A stretch of 64,000 nt of DNA from Entomortierella parvispora E1425 (taxonomy: Eukaryota; Fungi; Mortierellomycota): the NCBI GenBank assembly GCA_020891255.1, contig BQFW01000002.1, forward strand, positions 3,596,001 to 3,660,000, written 5' to 3'. The notes below the pieces were generated by a model, which was not told the origin of the DNA, made no database searches, and saw nothing but the letters and a program-made list of their open reading frames with translations. Each line of letters starts with the position of its first letter. The stretch's first letter is position 1. Position numbers and translations under genes: made by a program. Below are positions 48,572 through 60,798 of this stretch, in pieces.

Positions 48572-50534
48572 ATGGACTCGAGCCGACAACATTACCCGAC
48601 ATCGACATCCTCAGACGAGACCGAAGAGGATGTTCACCTCTATGACCACATTAACTCCAATGCCGCGACATCAGCATCCCGGAAACGCTCCTTTGGCGCT
48701 ATGGGAAAGGGTATTTCAACGGACATGAATACCCTATCCATGAACGGGCAAAGACAACAACCGCAGCCACTAGGAGGAGGTGAGAGCGTCATGTGGGGCA
48801 ATACTAGAACAGCAGCAGTAGCAGGAAACCAACACCAACACCAGCAGCAACAGACGCAATTGCAGCAGCAACAACAACAACAGCAACAACAGCAACAACA
48901 ACAGCAACAACGAAAATATTCTGGTCCATCACCATCGTTGAGGAAGGAGCAGAATCGAGCGGCTCAACGAGCATTTCGAGACCGGAAGGAGCGATACGTC
49001 CATCAACTCGAGGGAATGGTCAAGGAGCAGAAGGAGCAGTATATCAAGGTGACCAGTCGACTCCAGGCCGATGTATCTCTATTGAAAGAGAGGAACGCCG
49101 TTTTGCAGAATGAAAACCATTACCTAAGAGAGGTCATCTTTGCTTTCGAGACTTCACTGAGTAAGGGGGCCGCACTTGGCAAGGATGCAGGGATTGCAGG
49201 ACTCCATCGAGCCATGCTGCAGAGTGTCAAGGAAGAGCTCTTTACGCGGCATCATGCAAAGAAGGCCCAGCTCGCGGCGGAAGAAGCGGCCAAGAAATTG
49301 GCTTTGGCGTCTATGCCCTCTCCCAAATCAGAAGATGGAGCGACCGTGGATGAGCCCTCCTCCGGAACGCCCTCAATAACGGTAACAGCTTCAGACAAGG
49401 CCAAGGCCGTCATCGACTCTGGGTCGAATGGTGGTGGAAGTGACGATGGTAGGGGCAGACGGGGATCTCAATCTGTTTCATCGCAAAAAAGGACAGCTCA
49501 GGACGTGCAGGGGCCAAGATCCAACAGCATCGGTAATGCTAGTGATTACGACAACAGCACCCCACAGCTCAGTCAGGGCCAGGAGGGGAAGGGTCCAAAC
49601 CAAGAACCCATGCCATCCAGCGAACCTCCTGGCGAGACCCTGATGACCGAACCAACGTCAGAGGTTCTTTACAAAGCGCCGCCGCTCTTTATCGGCCCAG
49701 GGGCTGACCATGGACCAGCGATGCTCATCAACTCACCGTTCGAGTCCATTACTGTTCCCAACCTGCTGGCACCCAAATCATCCTACCCAAATGTGACGAG
49801 ATATTCAAATTACCCCACCGTCTTTGATGAACTCCAGTCTTCGCTTTTCCCCCCCGGAACGCTGCGATCTCTAGTCCACGAAAATATGGCCTCGCCCCGA
49901 GAAGTGGTCGAGGATAATTCCCTTTTCGACCAAAAACCTGCTCATTTCCTTCAGAAGGAGACGAAAACGGCGCGACCGACACCAGGAAAGGGACCCCAAC
50001 AGCGGCCTGTTCTCGACCCCAAGGCAAGGGCCCAGGACCCGCGTTCGAGATTTATTGGCGAGAGCAACCGACTGCGTAAAGAATTGGAAATTCTCATGTC
50101 GGCTCCCCCACCAACGGATCCCCAGATTGATCCCAAGATCTTTGAAATCCCTCACGATCCTTGGATTGATATCATGCCTTGCGCTCAGATGAGGTACACG
50201 CGATTTCTGGAACTTCCAAGACAACAGGTCCTGTTCTCTAATTCGTCCTTTTGCTGACTATATATTTTTTTTGTTTTACCATATTTCTCTTTTACTTCAC
50301 TCTCCCCTCTTTTGTTTTTGTAGAGCTCAATTGATTCTACACCGAGACAAGTACAACAGCGCCGAATTGTGGTCGATTCTACAGAACGGGGCGTTCTGTC
50401 ATGGAGACCCCTTGGATATCCATGCATGGGAACTACCCGATATCGTATTTACAAAATACGCGTTCCTGTGGGGACAGAGTGCAGAGCGTCATCGGATGAA
50501 AGTCTGGCCACGCAAGTTTGCTCCTATTACATGA
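48572..50534 (+). CDS. AP-1/Yap-like bZIP transcription factor with a C-terminal DUF3425-type domain, paralogue 1
   Basis: PolyQ; RKEQNRAAQRAFRDRKERY; IPHDPWIDIMPCAQMR|AQLILHRDKY...CHGDPLDIHAWELPD (intron 50194-50323). Confidence 0.9.
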
Positions 50535-51031
50535 ACCTTCTGGAGCCTTGTACAGTCCATCGGTTCAGCTTATACCAGGAAATCCCAGAAATCGAGCGGA
50601 GCAAGAGTTTGTGCTGCTGAGGGAAGGGCGGTCATAGAAATATTATTGGCCTATGGTCGGTTCTTGACCATTTGTTTATAGTCGTAGATGTTTTTTTGTG
50701 GGCGGTGAATGTGAAGCTCACCCGTCTTCTTGACCAGCAACTGGAGCTCTTGCACATTGTATATAAAAATATTCTGTTTGTTGGATTTTTTTCTGTTCCT
50801 TTGTTCTCGGCATCATGTCTCGTCAGATAGGAGTCACCCAGCCAATGAAAAATTGAAGCATTGGTGGCGGTCTGGTTTCCTGTTGGGCAGATAGGGCGCT
50901 GGATCCGTTGGTCGACGCTCAGTCCTCCCATGGCTCATTTTTCTTTCCTTCTTCCTCCACAACGCCATATCCCTTCCCCTTCGCCCATTGCCTCCATCCC
51001 GCAGACATTGGTCTCGACAGCAACAACAATA

Positions 51032-53000
51032 ATGGGCACCAACAATGGTCACCATCGACCCGTCGCACTGTCCTCTGATGCAGACGAGGATGTCGACATG
51101 TTCAGTTTCATGGGAAGCGCAATTCCAGACCATTCACATTTCAACATGCACATGAGTCAGCAACAACAACAACAACAACAACAACAGCAACAGCAGCAGC
51201 AGCAACAGCAGCAGCAACAATATTATCACCAGCCGTCAACGGATGCCTACATGACATCCTACAATGCCACAGCGACGGCGACAACCTCCACAGGCGAAGG
51301 AAGCAAGCGAAAAACTGGCGGTGGAGGATCTCATGAAACCCCGAACGGCGCAGCCTCAGCCGCCACGGCTACATCTTCCTCTCCTTCTTCTGTCGACCTC
51401 CGCAAAGAGCAGAACCGAGCAGCCCAACGAGCATTTCGAGACCGCAAGGAGCGATATCTTCAGCAGCTCGAGAACATGATTCAAGATCTCAAGGATCAAC
51501 ATTTCGTTGTCACAAGCAGCTTTCAGAAAAAGGTCCTGGAATTGTCAGAAAAGAACGAGGTCCTGAAGAGTGAGAATCATTATCTGCGGGAGGTCGTCTT
51601 TGCCTTTGAGGCGGCTTTGAGCAGAGGCGCCCCCGTTGTATCGCCGTCATCTCAATCGGGCGCAGGAGCAGGATCAGGAGAAGTGGTGGGGCTTGGAGAG
51701 GAGCGAAAGAGTGCTGGTTGTGGTTGTGGACATGGTGCTGCCGTGCTTCAGAACGTCAAGGAGGAACTTTACCGTCGCCACCATGCTATCAAGGCAGCAG
51801 CTCAGACGGAACCTTCACCAAAGCTCGCTGACGAGTCGACAGGCCCTTCGACGCCGCCAGATGTAGTCATGTCAGACTCTGCCAAGCCAACCCCCCAAGT
51901 GAAGAGAGAAATGGAAGGCAGCAGGGAATCAGAGCCCAAGACTAAGGTTCGCAGAAAAGACTGTACCTCAGGCGTCAGCAGTGGCAACAACAGCAGTGGT
52001 TCAGAAGAGAAGCGGAACAGAGGACAGGAGTTGCAAACTGCATCGGCCTCCGACATGGCTGATGGTACTAGGACGAACGAGATCCTCTACAAGGCCCCGC
52101 CTTTGTTTATTGCACCGGCTCAGGAAGCAGGAGGACAGCCCAGTCTTATCAGTTCTCCTTTCGACCCATTGACTATCCCGCGACCGGCATATCTGGAACC
52201 AGGAACGCTTCTTCCCAAATTCACAGAATACTTGAAGCACCCGACCGTGTTTGACGAACTCCAGTCTTCACTCTTCCCACCCGGAACCCTTCAGTCTCTG
52301 GTGGACAGCAACATGGCCACACCGCAGGAGGTCATTGAAGACAAGTCGCTTTTTCACCCTTTGCAGCAGGGAGCCTCTCAGAAAAAACAACAGCAAAGAG
52401 AAGAGGAATTGCAGTCAGCTTTCAACCGTAACAGTGACAGCAAAGAGTCCAACAACACTGGCACTGGTAACGACAGGAACGGGAGCGCGCAGGACAACCG
52501 AGGCAGCAAGGGTGTTGCCATCCGCAAGAATCATTTCCTTCCCGTCGATCATCGGTTGAGGGCCGAGTTTGAGGAGATTTTGACGGCACCGCCTGCCACA
52601 GACCCGAATATCGATCCAATGATTTACATGATACCCCACGACCCGAGAATTGACATTGTTCCATGTCCACAGCTGAGGTAAAACTATTGGCTTCTCTCTT
52701 TAATTTATACCAGAAATGTATGGATCGAATCGATCTAATCTGTTTTTACATTCTTTTATTAGGGCACAAATGATTCTGCACCAGGACAAATACGACGTGA
52801 ACGAGCTTTTCGACATCATCTTGAGCAAAGCCATCTGCCATGGGCCAGCTCTGGACCGTCATAGCTGGGAATTACCGGACGAGATCTACAGCAAATATGG
52901 ATATCTGTTTGGAACAAATAATGAGCGACACCGACGAAAGATCTGGCCTCGCAAAATCGAAGCGTCATCTCCCTCATCTTCCGGTAGTAGATCTGCTTAG
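51032..53000 (+). CDS. AP-1/Yap-like bZIP transcription factor with a C-terminal DUF3425-type domain, paralogue 2
   Basis: PolyQ; identical RKEQNRAAQRAFRDRKERY; IPHDPRIDIVPCPQLR|AQMILHQDKY...CHGPALDRHSWELPD (intron 52678-52762, same position and phase). An upstream in-frame ATG at 50930 is possible. Confidence 0.9.
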
Positions 53001-53432
53001 GACAAGGCAGCAAAAGTCTCTGGGCAGGATGCCTTGTATCATTTCCCACAGATACCCCAAGACCCTACTTTCCTCTGCCTTTTTTTTTTATTCGATTGAT
53101 TTTCTTTTGAACTTCATTCTTGAGGGAAACGATAGCCATATACCTGTACTTTTACCCAAAGCAAAGCAATAAACACGAGCGCGTGGAACACAGTTTACCT
53201 ATATTTGAGTGAGAGGAGAACGCGAGGATGAGCTTTGAACGTCCAAAGTGGCATCCATCCTTCTTCCCCGCAAGAATCGAACCAAAAAAAGTTTGCACGT
53301 GACACCGTCCACTTTTGCTGCTCTCCACATTGGCTCGGATTTCGATGCGCTTCGGCTGTGGAGGCTCGTTTCGTTGTTTTCATTCTCTTCTTTCATCAAT
53401 CAATCAACCCTCCCTTCATCCGAAAAAAAGTC

Positions 53433-54220
53433 ATGTTCCGTGCCGCCTTTGCCCGCTCATCCCTGGTTCAGCAGGTCCAGGCCCTTCCCAAGCGTAACCT
53501 CTCCAGCGCCATCCCCAAGGTACGCGCGCTCATCATGAACGCCCATTTTGAATGTTTCGACAATGGTGGCGAGTCATCTAATCATCTGCTTTCCTCTTTA
53601 GACTTCACCCTTGTGGAAGCTTGGTCGTTTGAACCATGTCGCCATTGCCGTTCCCGATATTGATCAGTCCACAGCATTCTACCGTGACTTGATGGGCGCG
53701 ACCGTCAGTGCTAAAGTGGTATGGACAGGAGGCCAGGAACGGAGTTTTTCTTTTAATGTGGAGCAAAGCAAAGGACGTGCAGGAGTTATACCCCCTGGGG
53801 CACTGGAAACCCGAAAACACCGTGGGACAATAGGACAGGGATATTCTTCACCACCTTCACGACTTGTTCCTGATCCTTTTGTTTTTGTTTTGTTTTTGTT
53901 TTCATATTGTCTTTTATTAGCCATTGCCCGATCATGGAGTGTACACTGTGTTTGTGGAGTTGGGCAACACCAAGATTGAATTGTTGCACCCTTATGGAGA
54001 GAACTCGCCTATTCAGGGATTCTTGAACAAGAACAAGTCTGGAGGCATTCACCATATCTGCATTGAGGTCGATGATGTCTACAAGGCCGTGGATGATTTG
54101 ATGGCCAAGGGTATCAAGGCGTTGAACCCTGTGCCCAAGATTGGTGCCCATGGCAAGCCCGTCGTGTTCTTGCACCCCAAGGATTGTCATGGTACCTTGG
54201 TCGAGTTGGAGCAGAGCTAG
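53433..54220 (+). CDS. MCEE: mitochondrial methylmalonyl-CoA epimerase (VOC/glyoxalase fold), 3 exons
   Basis: Exons 53433-53519, 53602-53718 and 53921-54220: presequence MFRAAFARSS..., then WKLGRLNHVAIAVPD, PLPDHGVYTVFVELGNTKIELLHP, GGIHHICIEV and GAHGKPVVFLHPKDCHGTLVELEQ. Confidence 0.95.
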
Positions 54221-55292
54221 ATCGTAGGAGTACGAGTCCAATGATTAAAAAAAATAATATTGTAGAATATCGATCTTCATGTCTTTTTTCCCCCCCCTTT
54301 CCCCTGCATTGACAAGGGGCTGCTTTCATTTAGTGCAATTAGTCGAAGGACAAAATCCATTGAGGATAGTCACTGGAATGATGATTGTCTCCATCGTCAA
54401 ATGGCTTCGAGTCAATTGGTGGCTTGACTGAGATTTGTGTTGACCAGTGGCGATGTTAAAGAGGCGGTTGTACTGTAAAGCAGATCACGACGAGATAGGG
54501 GGTGACGGACTAGTTTTGGATCGATGCGATAGCGATCTACGAGTTACGGCTAGGGCGCCGAAGTAGAGGCCTATAAAGAGCCATCCCGGGAGGGGGGAAG
54601 GGGTTGAACTAGGGGATGATGTCAGGATGAGCCACCTAGACATGGCGCAACCGTCCCGTGTCCCCACATAGAGCAGCAGCGAGGTCCCAGTCAGTCAGCG
54701 GAAGTAAAAAAAAAAAAAAAAAAAAAAACGAGGAACGACAGACAGAAAGAGAAAAAAAAAAAAAAAAAAAAAAAACAGAGTTTGCAGAATTCTTCCCACG
54801 ATGTGCTGGTCTGAGTGGTGTCGATGCGCAATTGCGTGGGGGCGGAGATCGAAAAAGGAGAGACAGGCAGATCTCTAATTGCACGTTTTGGGTTGGTGTT
54901 TGTGCGCCTCGGGAAATATTCTGGATGGTCGGTGTATGTCAGGGTCCGGCTGTGTGGGAGGACATGTACATGGATGCACCATTGTGCTTGCCATTGGCGA
55001 GGTGAAGGGTCTTTGTTCCTTCCCAGAGAGCAAAAGGAAGCAGAGAGGAGAGGAGAGAGGAGAGCAATGGGTAAACGGACGGCCGGGATAAAAAAAGAAG
55101 CTCCAGCCGAGACGAGCGAACATTGGTCCGAGAAAGAGAGAAAAGAGAAAAGAGAAAAGACACACACGATGACACAAAGGGAGAGAGAGAGAGAGAGAAA
55201 AGGCCTCTCTCCCTCTTCCTCTTCTCTCTTATTCTCTCTCCTGGCACAACGGCGCCCCTTCTCGGCCCTTCTCTACTTGGTGGTCGTCTTTG

Positions 55293-55334
55293 TTCTTCTT
55301 CTTCTTCTTCTTCTTCTTCTTCTTCTTCTTCTTC
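55293..55334. repeat. (CTT)n microsatellite
   Basis: About 14 perfect units upstream of the carbonic anhydrase. Confidence 0.9.
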
Positions 55335-55562
55335 TCATCTTCCACTCTTCACTTTTCTCTCATTGCTCTTTTCTGCCACTTTTCCTTTTTTGTCGCTTCT
55401 TCTTCTTCTCCATTGCAGATCATTCGTCTGTTCTGATCACCCCCTTCATCTCATTCCCTTCCTTCCTCCCTTTTCTAGAGTGCCCCTCCCTCTCTTGACC
55501 TGCCACTCCTCCTTCTTGACAGTCTAGTCTCGCCCCTCTGTTCATATCCATCGACATACATC

Positions 55563-57245
55563 ATGCTTGCAGCTGTTTCTCGACCCCTGACCCTCTCCCG
55601 CGCCACCGCCACGGTCGGTCGCCGAATGGTGGCGTCTCCTTCTGAAGGGGCGTTGCCACATCTCAAACCCAGACCTGTCTCTGATTCGCCGTCTTTTACA
55701 TTGTCTCTTTACCCCATTCGTCATTCCTCTTCTTTCTTCCCCAGCTTCTCCAACCCCACTCGTCTTGCCGCGGGGAACCATTCATCTTTTTCTTCTTCCC
55801 CATCCCGATTGACCTCCATTCGATCTAAAATGACCAGCAACAGCCCCCCTTCTTCTCCTGCTGGTACTACCGGCAAGACTGGCATCGCTATTCCCCAGCA
55901 GCAGCAGCACGCCACCACCACCGCCGCTTCTTCGACCGAACCTTTGACTTCGTCCTCGCCTGTTTACTCGCGCGCTCATCCCTTTTTGCGCAAGTTCCAG
56001 TCCACTGTGAGCAAGGTTGTCTCCCAACAGCAACTGCAGCAGAACCAAGGAGTCCTGGGTACCGTCGCGGGCTCGTCCTCCTTCTCGACTAGCAGCAAGG
56101 ATGGCGATAAAAAGTCTTCCACTGTCGATGACGCTATTGCCGCTGTCGCTGCCAAGACCAGTGTCCGTTCCAAGAGCCCCACGGCGGCCGCCGCCAATGC
56201 CACGGATGCCATCATCAACAAGCGGTTGAGTCAGATCGGCTTGGACGACGTTCAGTCTACGGATCATACTGTCCATGGACATGGATGTGGTTGCTCTGGA
56301 CATGGCTCCGTCTCTGAGATGGATGCGTTCTTCTCGGACGATGAAGCTGTGGTCGAACCTTCCCACTTTCCCCCAATTTCGGCTGAGGCGCGCGAGTTCT
56401 CTGAGCGTCTTTTGGGCCAGAACAAGGCTTGGGCCAAGAAGACTGAGCAAGATCGTCCTGGCTTCTTTGCAAAGTTGGAGCTTCAGCAAAAGCCCCAGGT
56501 TCTCTGGATCGGTAAGCCACTTTCTTTCTTTCTTTTTTTTTTTTTTTTTTTTTTTTGTAGGGATCGACTAAACTGAACAGAATCCGATGGGGTGGGGGAT
56601 GGGACATGACAACAGTCCTAATCGCAAGAACATGATAACATGATAACATGGTTGACTAACCCCGACTCGTTTTCCTATTTTTCGATTTTTTTTTTTTTTG
56701 TTCGTGATCAAGGTTGCTCTGATTCGCGTGTGCCCGCCAACCAGATTGTCAACTTGGACCCCGGTGAGATTTTCGTCCATCGTAACATTGCCAACGTCGT
56801 CACCCATACGGATATGAACTTGTTGTCAGTTCTGGAGTACGCTGTCGATGTGCTCAAGGTGCGTCATGTCATCATCTGCGGTCACTATGGCTGTGGAGGT
56901 GTTGCCGCTTCGTTGACCCAGAAGCAGTTTGGTATCATTGACAACTGGCTGCGCAACATCAAGGATCTGTACACGATCCATCGCAAGAAGTTTGATACTT
57001 TGCCCCAGGGCGGCAAGGAGCAGCAAGATCTTTTGACAGAATTGAACGTTATCCAGTCGGCATTGAACGTTTGTCATACATCGATTATCCAGAAGGCCTG
57101 GTCTCGTGGCGAGAAGTTGAGTGTCCATGGATGGTGCTACCGTTTGAGCGATGGCGTGATCCGTAACTTGGGTCTCTGCATCGAGGGACCTGGTAACGTT
57201 GAGGAGGTGTACCATGTCATGGACGAGGTCAAGGCCAACCATTAA
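55563..57245 (+). CDS. beta-carbonic anhydrase (Nce103-like) with a long N-terminal extension, 2 exons
   Basis: Intron 56512-56712 joins QKPQVLWIG|CSDSRVP; GEIFVHRNIANVV; HYGCGGV. The Zn ligands C, H and C and the D/R dyad are intact. Confidence 0.96.
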
Positions 57246-58237
57246 GCCGAAAGAAAACAACAACAACAACAACAACAACAACCACGCACAGAAGTAGCGC
57301 ACTGTTCTACCACACTCCTCTCTCTATTCCCTGTAAATATTCGACTCGCACTATAGAAGCCCTTTGTTGGTCGATGAAATAATAATGCTTTTGTGAAAAG
57401 TTCAAAAAGAAAGAAGTCTTTGTTTCGTGTTGGTTTCAAGAAGGAATGTTGCACGCGACGCACTTGCCCGCGAGAAGGAAAAAAAAGAGGTGATTATGGT
57501 AGACAACAAGTCTTGTCTTTGTGGCCAACAACGAACATTGATCCTCAAGGACAAAGGACGGAGAACTTGGGAGCTGTCCATGAGGGCGCTATCCTATCGG
57601 TCTACAACTCTCGAGTTCGTATTACACTCATTTTTCACTCGCTGTGGGCGCAGGCGCGTTTCGTACGCGCGCTCACAACAGAGACAGCCTTGATTTAGCT
57701 TCAGAGGCTCCTGGCTCACCATTTGCCACGATCTTCTACGACAATCCTCTCCTTTTCCCCCTCCCTTTCATGACAGAGGATCGTACCCAAAGGGTTTAGC
57801 TACTACTATCACTTGAAGGGAAAAAGAAATCTCCTAAGGCCCTCAAAGATGTTCCGGGTTCTCACGAATTGGGCCGGGGAAAGATGATTTTGCCAAAGAG
57901 AAGGAGCTCTTTGGTTTCTCATGTCTTCTTTATTTTTTTTTTATATATCTCCTGTATGTTGTCTTCCTCTTCGTCTTTCTCCTACTCTCCCTTTTCTCCC
58001 TTTTTTCTCTTCTCGCATGGCAAAAAAAAGATAGCTGTCAAGAGCAGACCCCACTTCATGTTCATGAACCCTGTCAGTTTGTTTTCTACCTCCTCCCCCG
58101 CTCTTTCCTCCCTGTCCTCTCTCTATCTCTCTTGGCGGTCAACTCGGTTGGGAACCCTGGTTTCTTTTTCTCGTTGGTCTCCACCATTTCCTTTTTTTTT
58201 TTTTTTTTCTTTCAAGTTATTTTTCATATTAGAGTCC

Positions 58238-60202
58238 ATGCCATCTCCCCCTTCACTTTTGTTGGCCGCTGTCCTATGGCTATCGATCCTACTAGGGTCA
58301 GCAGTCCTCCCTGGCAGCAACGCAACACCCACAGAAAAACTCGTCCCCCACCGCATTCATCATGACCCGTTTGCACCAACTCCTGCTCAACCCCGCTACC
58401 CAATCTTGACCATGCAAGAGAGGGTCCCAAACGACGGCTATCCTCAAAGAGGAGGTGACTACTCTGAACGACTCCGAAAGGCCAGGAGGCGGAAAAATGA
58501 CGATCCTTGTTCTGCACACAGCTTTCACCCGCCCGTGGATCCTGGTCGATGCCGGACATCGCCTTCGGTCGCCACCAGAGAGCTTCAGACACAGACAACA
58601 ACTTCGAGTCCCCCCGCCTTGCAAAAACGACGAGTTGGGGTGGTGGATCCGTCCACGTTGGCGAGCCCACAGCCATCTCCAACGCTGCGGGTCTTGCCCG
58701 CCCGCCATCCTCAATTGATCAAGCCGCTCTCCGTCTCCTCCGTTACGCCACCAAAGGCGACAAAGAAACGGCCACATCCTAAAACCCACACCCCCATGAC
58801 CCATCCAAAGTCCAAGGAATCGGATCCGATCGTCCATGCCGCCGCTGCCGCCGCGATCATCCCTCCTCCTCCTGATAAAGCGATCTACCCTCGCCTTAGG
58901 AACAACAATAACAACAACAACAACAGCAACAACAACAACAGCAACAGCCATGGCGGTGTTGAAATGCCACCAGAGGAGGAGTCGTGGCTGCGCGAGGAAG
59001 AACAAGAGGCCAGCAAGGCCAGTCCCAAAGTGATCCTGATCGCTTTGGGAGCCTCGATCGGTGGCTTGAGTGCATGCTTCTTTTGCATTTTAGGCCTCGG
59101 ACGCGCCTTGGGCTGTTGTTACTGGAGACGATTGGCCCGCGACAAGAAGCGGTCGTCGCTTTCTTCTTCTTCTTCTTTCTCGCCTTCTTTGACAGACTCC
59201 ACCTTTTCGCAAGCGCCGACTCTAGCGGGGGGCGCTGGAGGCGGTCGCTTGACGGCACCGACCCTGCCTCGGGATGGCAAGTGGGTCATTGGAGGACCTC
59301 AGCCTTTGAGGGATGAGGAGAAGGAAGGGGAGAAAGGGTGCCTGTTCTTGGCAGGGGTTTATGGAGAAAGAGGAGGGCCGAAATCAGCGTCGCCCTCGAT
59401 CGCCTCGACCTTGGTCCCCAAAGAGGGACCAGTCGAAGGAAAAGGAAAATATCAACAACAACAACAAGAGCAACAACAACAAGAGCCGCGCTTCACAGAG
59501 TTTTGGCACGATTCTCCTTCCCCTTCCTCCCCAGTGCCTTCTTCGATTTCGATTCTAAAGCCCTGGAAAAGGATTCAACGGTCGCAAGGGTCCCACCCCC
59601 GCATCGAGATCCCATCCAGTGCGCGGACAATGCACATTACCTCGCCCATGGATCCACTCCCTCCAAGACGCCCTCCAGTCCCCAGCGAACAGCAGCAGCA
59701 AGATGCGAATGAGCAGAATATCCTCTCACCTGTTAGTACCACCTCTGGCAACATGATCGGAAGGTCCAGGAGAATGCCCGCTCATTTACCCACCCCACGC
59801 GCCTTCTTCAAACCCCAAGCTCTACCGCAAGGACCCATCAGTCAAGGCAACCACCTTGATCACCCCCCAAGCAGTGACTCTAGTCGTCGCAGTAGTCGCG
59901 GAGAATATCCTAGAGAGGGGGATGACGACAATGACGACAATGACGACAATGACGCTGGCGTGGAGTGGCTCATGATGACTTCTCCGCCCTTAGCGCAGGC
60001 GTTGCCTTCGGAGCCACAACAGTGGGATCGGGAGAGAGATCAGGGTCACTATGACAACGACGCGACAGTTCACGACTTTAACAATGGCTGGGGAGATCAG
60101 TTTGTGTCCAAAGGAGAAGGGTATTTTGCCTCGACCCACGCTTATCCATACCCACACGTCAATGCTGCTTCACCCTCACATCATGATCAAGTCTTTCAGT
60201 AA
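58238..60202 (+). CDS. hypothetical single-pass membrane protein, Pro/Ser-rich
   Basis: Signal peptide MPSPPSLLLAAVLWLSILLGSAVLPGSNA; TM VILIALGASIGGLSACFFCILGLG followed by RALGCCYWRRLAR; disordered tail. Confidence 0.7.
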   Translation: MPSPPSLLLAAVLWLSILLGSAVLPGSNATPTEKLVPHRIHHDPFAPTPAQPRYPILTMQERVPNDGYPQRGGDYSERLRKARRRKNDDPCSAHSFHPPVDPGRCRTSPSVATRELQTQTTTSSPPALQKRRVGVVDPSTLASPQPSPTLRVLPARHPQLIKPLSVSSVTPPKATKKRPHPKTHTPMTHPKSKESDPIVHAAAAAAIIPPPPDKAIYPRLRNNNNNNNNSNNNNSNSHGGVEMPPEEESWLREEEQEASKASPKVILIALGASIGGLSACFFCILGLGRALGCCYWRRLARDKKRSSLSSSSSFSPSLTDSTFSQAPTLAGGAGGGRLTAPTLPRDGKWVIGGPQPLRDEEKEGEKGCLFLAGVYGERGGPKSASPSIASTLVPKEGPVEGKGKYQQQQQEQQQQEPRFTEFWHDSPSPSSPVPSSISILKPWKRIQRSQGSHPRIEIPSSARTMHITSPMDPLPPRRPPVPSEQQQQDANEQNILSPVSTTSGNMIGRSRRMPAHLPTPRAFFKPQALPQGPISQGNHLDHPPSSDSSRRSSRGEYPREGDDDNDDNDDNDAGVEWLMMTSPPLAQALPSEPQQWDRERDQGHYDNDATVHDFNNGWGDQFVSKGEGYFASTHAYPYPHVNAASPSHHDQVFQ

Positions 60203-60798
60203 CAAACAAACAAATGCCAAAAAAAAAAAAAAAAAAAAGATGGAATAAACGAGAAAAAAGCTTGGTTTTTATTCTTGTGCAATGCGCCCTGATGGGGAAA
60301 AGATCGTATCGTGCGAAAAGATGGGTCGTATCTCATGAAGAATGGGGTAGTCGTCCCAATAGAAGGGATATATGAGGGGATTTGCGTGAAGAAACGCCAT
60401 TACTATGGATACAACATCTGTTTTTTGGATGATGAAAAGGGGTTGTTGATACAAGTATTTTTGCCAATGGAAAAGAAAGTGAAAATGAACAAAGATGAAA
60501 TAAAACAGGGGATTGAAAAAAAAGTACACACTTGACGTAGAAGTGCTTTTGAAAGTATTGTAAAAAGAAAGAATGTGTAATATACACCTGAGCGAGACCT
60601 GAAAGTAAAAGCAAAGGGGAAAAGAGAATAGAAAAGAAAGAATGGGTCAAGGTTCAAGGGTCCGCCATTTTTTTTTTTTTTTTTTTTTGTGGGTGAAGGC
60701 TGTCGAAGAAGGTTCAACCAAGGCTGTGAGTGTTTTTTGGTGTTTTGTCCAGTTTTGGTTGCCTTGGTGGGTTGGTCCGTCCGCACTAGCGTCCCTTT

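Noticed and set aside
54378-54431. ATGATGA ... CTGA, resembling a C/D snoRNA
   Set aside because: There is no terminal stem, the spacing is very short, and I recognised no rRNA-complementary guide. It lies in the probable MCEE 3' flank.
60311-60535. 74-aa plus-strand ORF between two 3' ends
   Set aside because: It starts at GTG, is AT-rich, has no motif, and overlaps the likely 3'UTR of the SWIRM gene.
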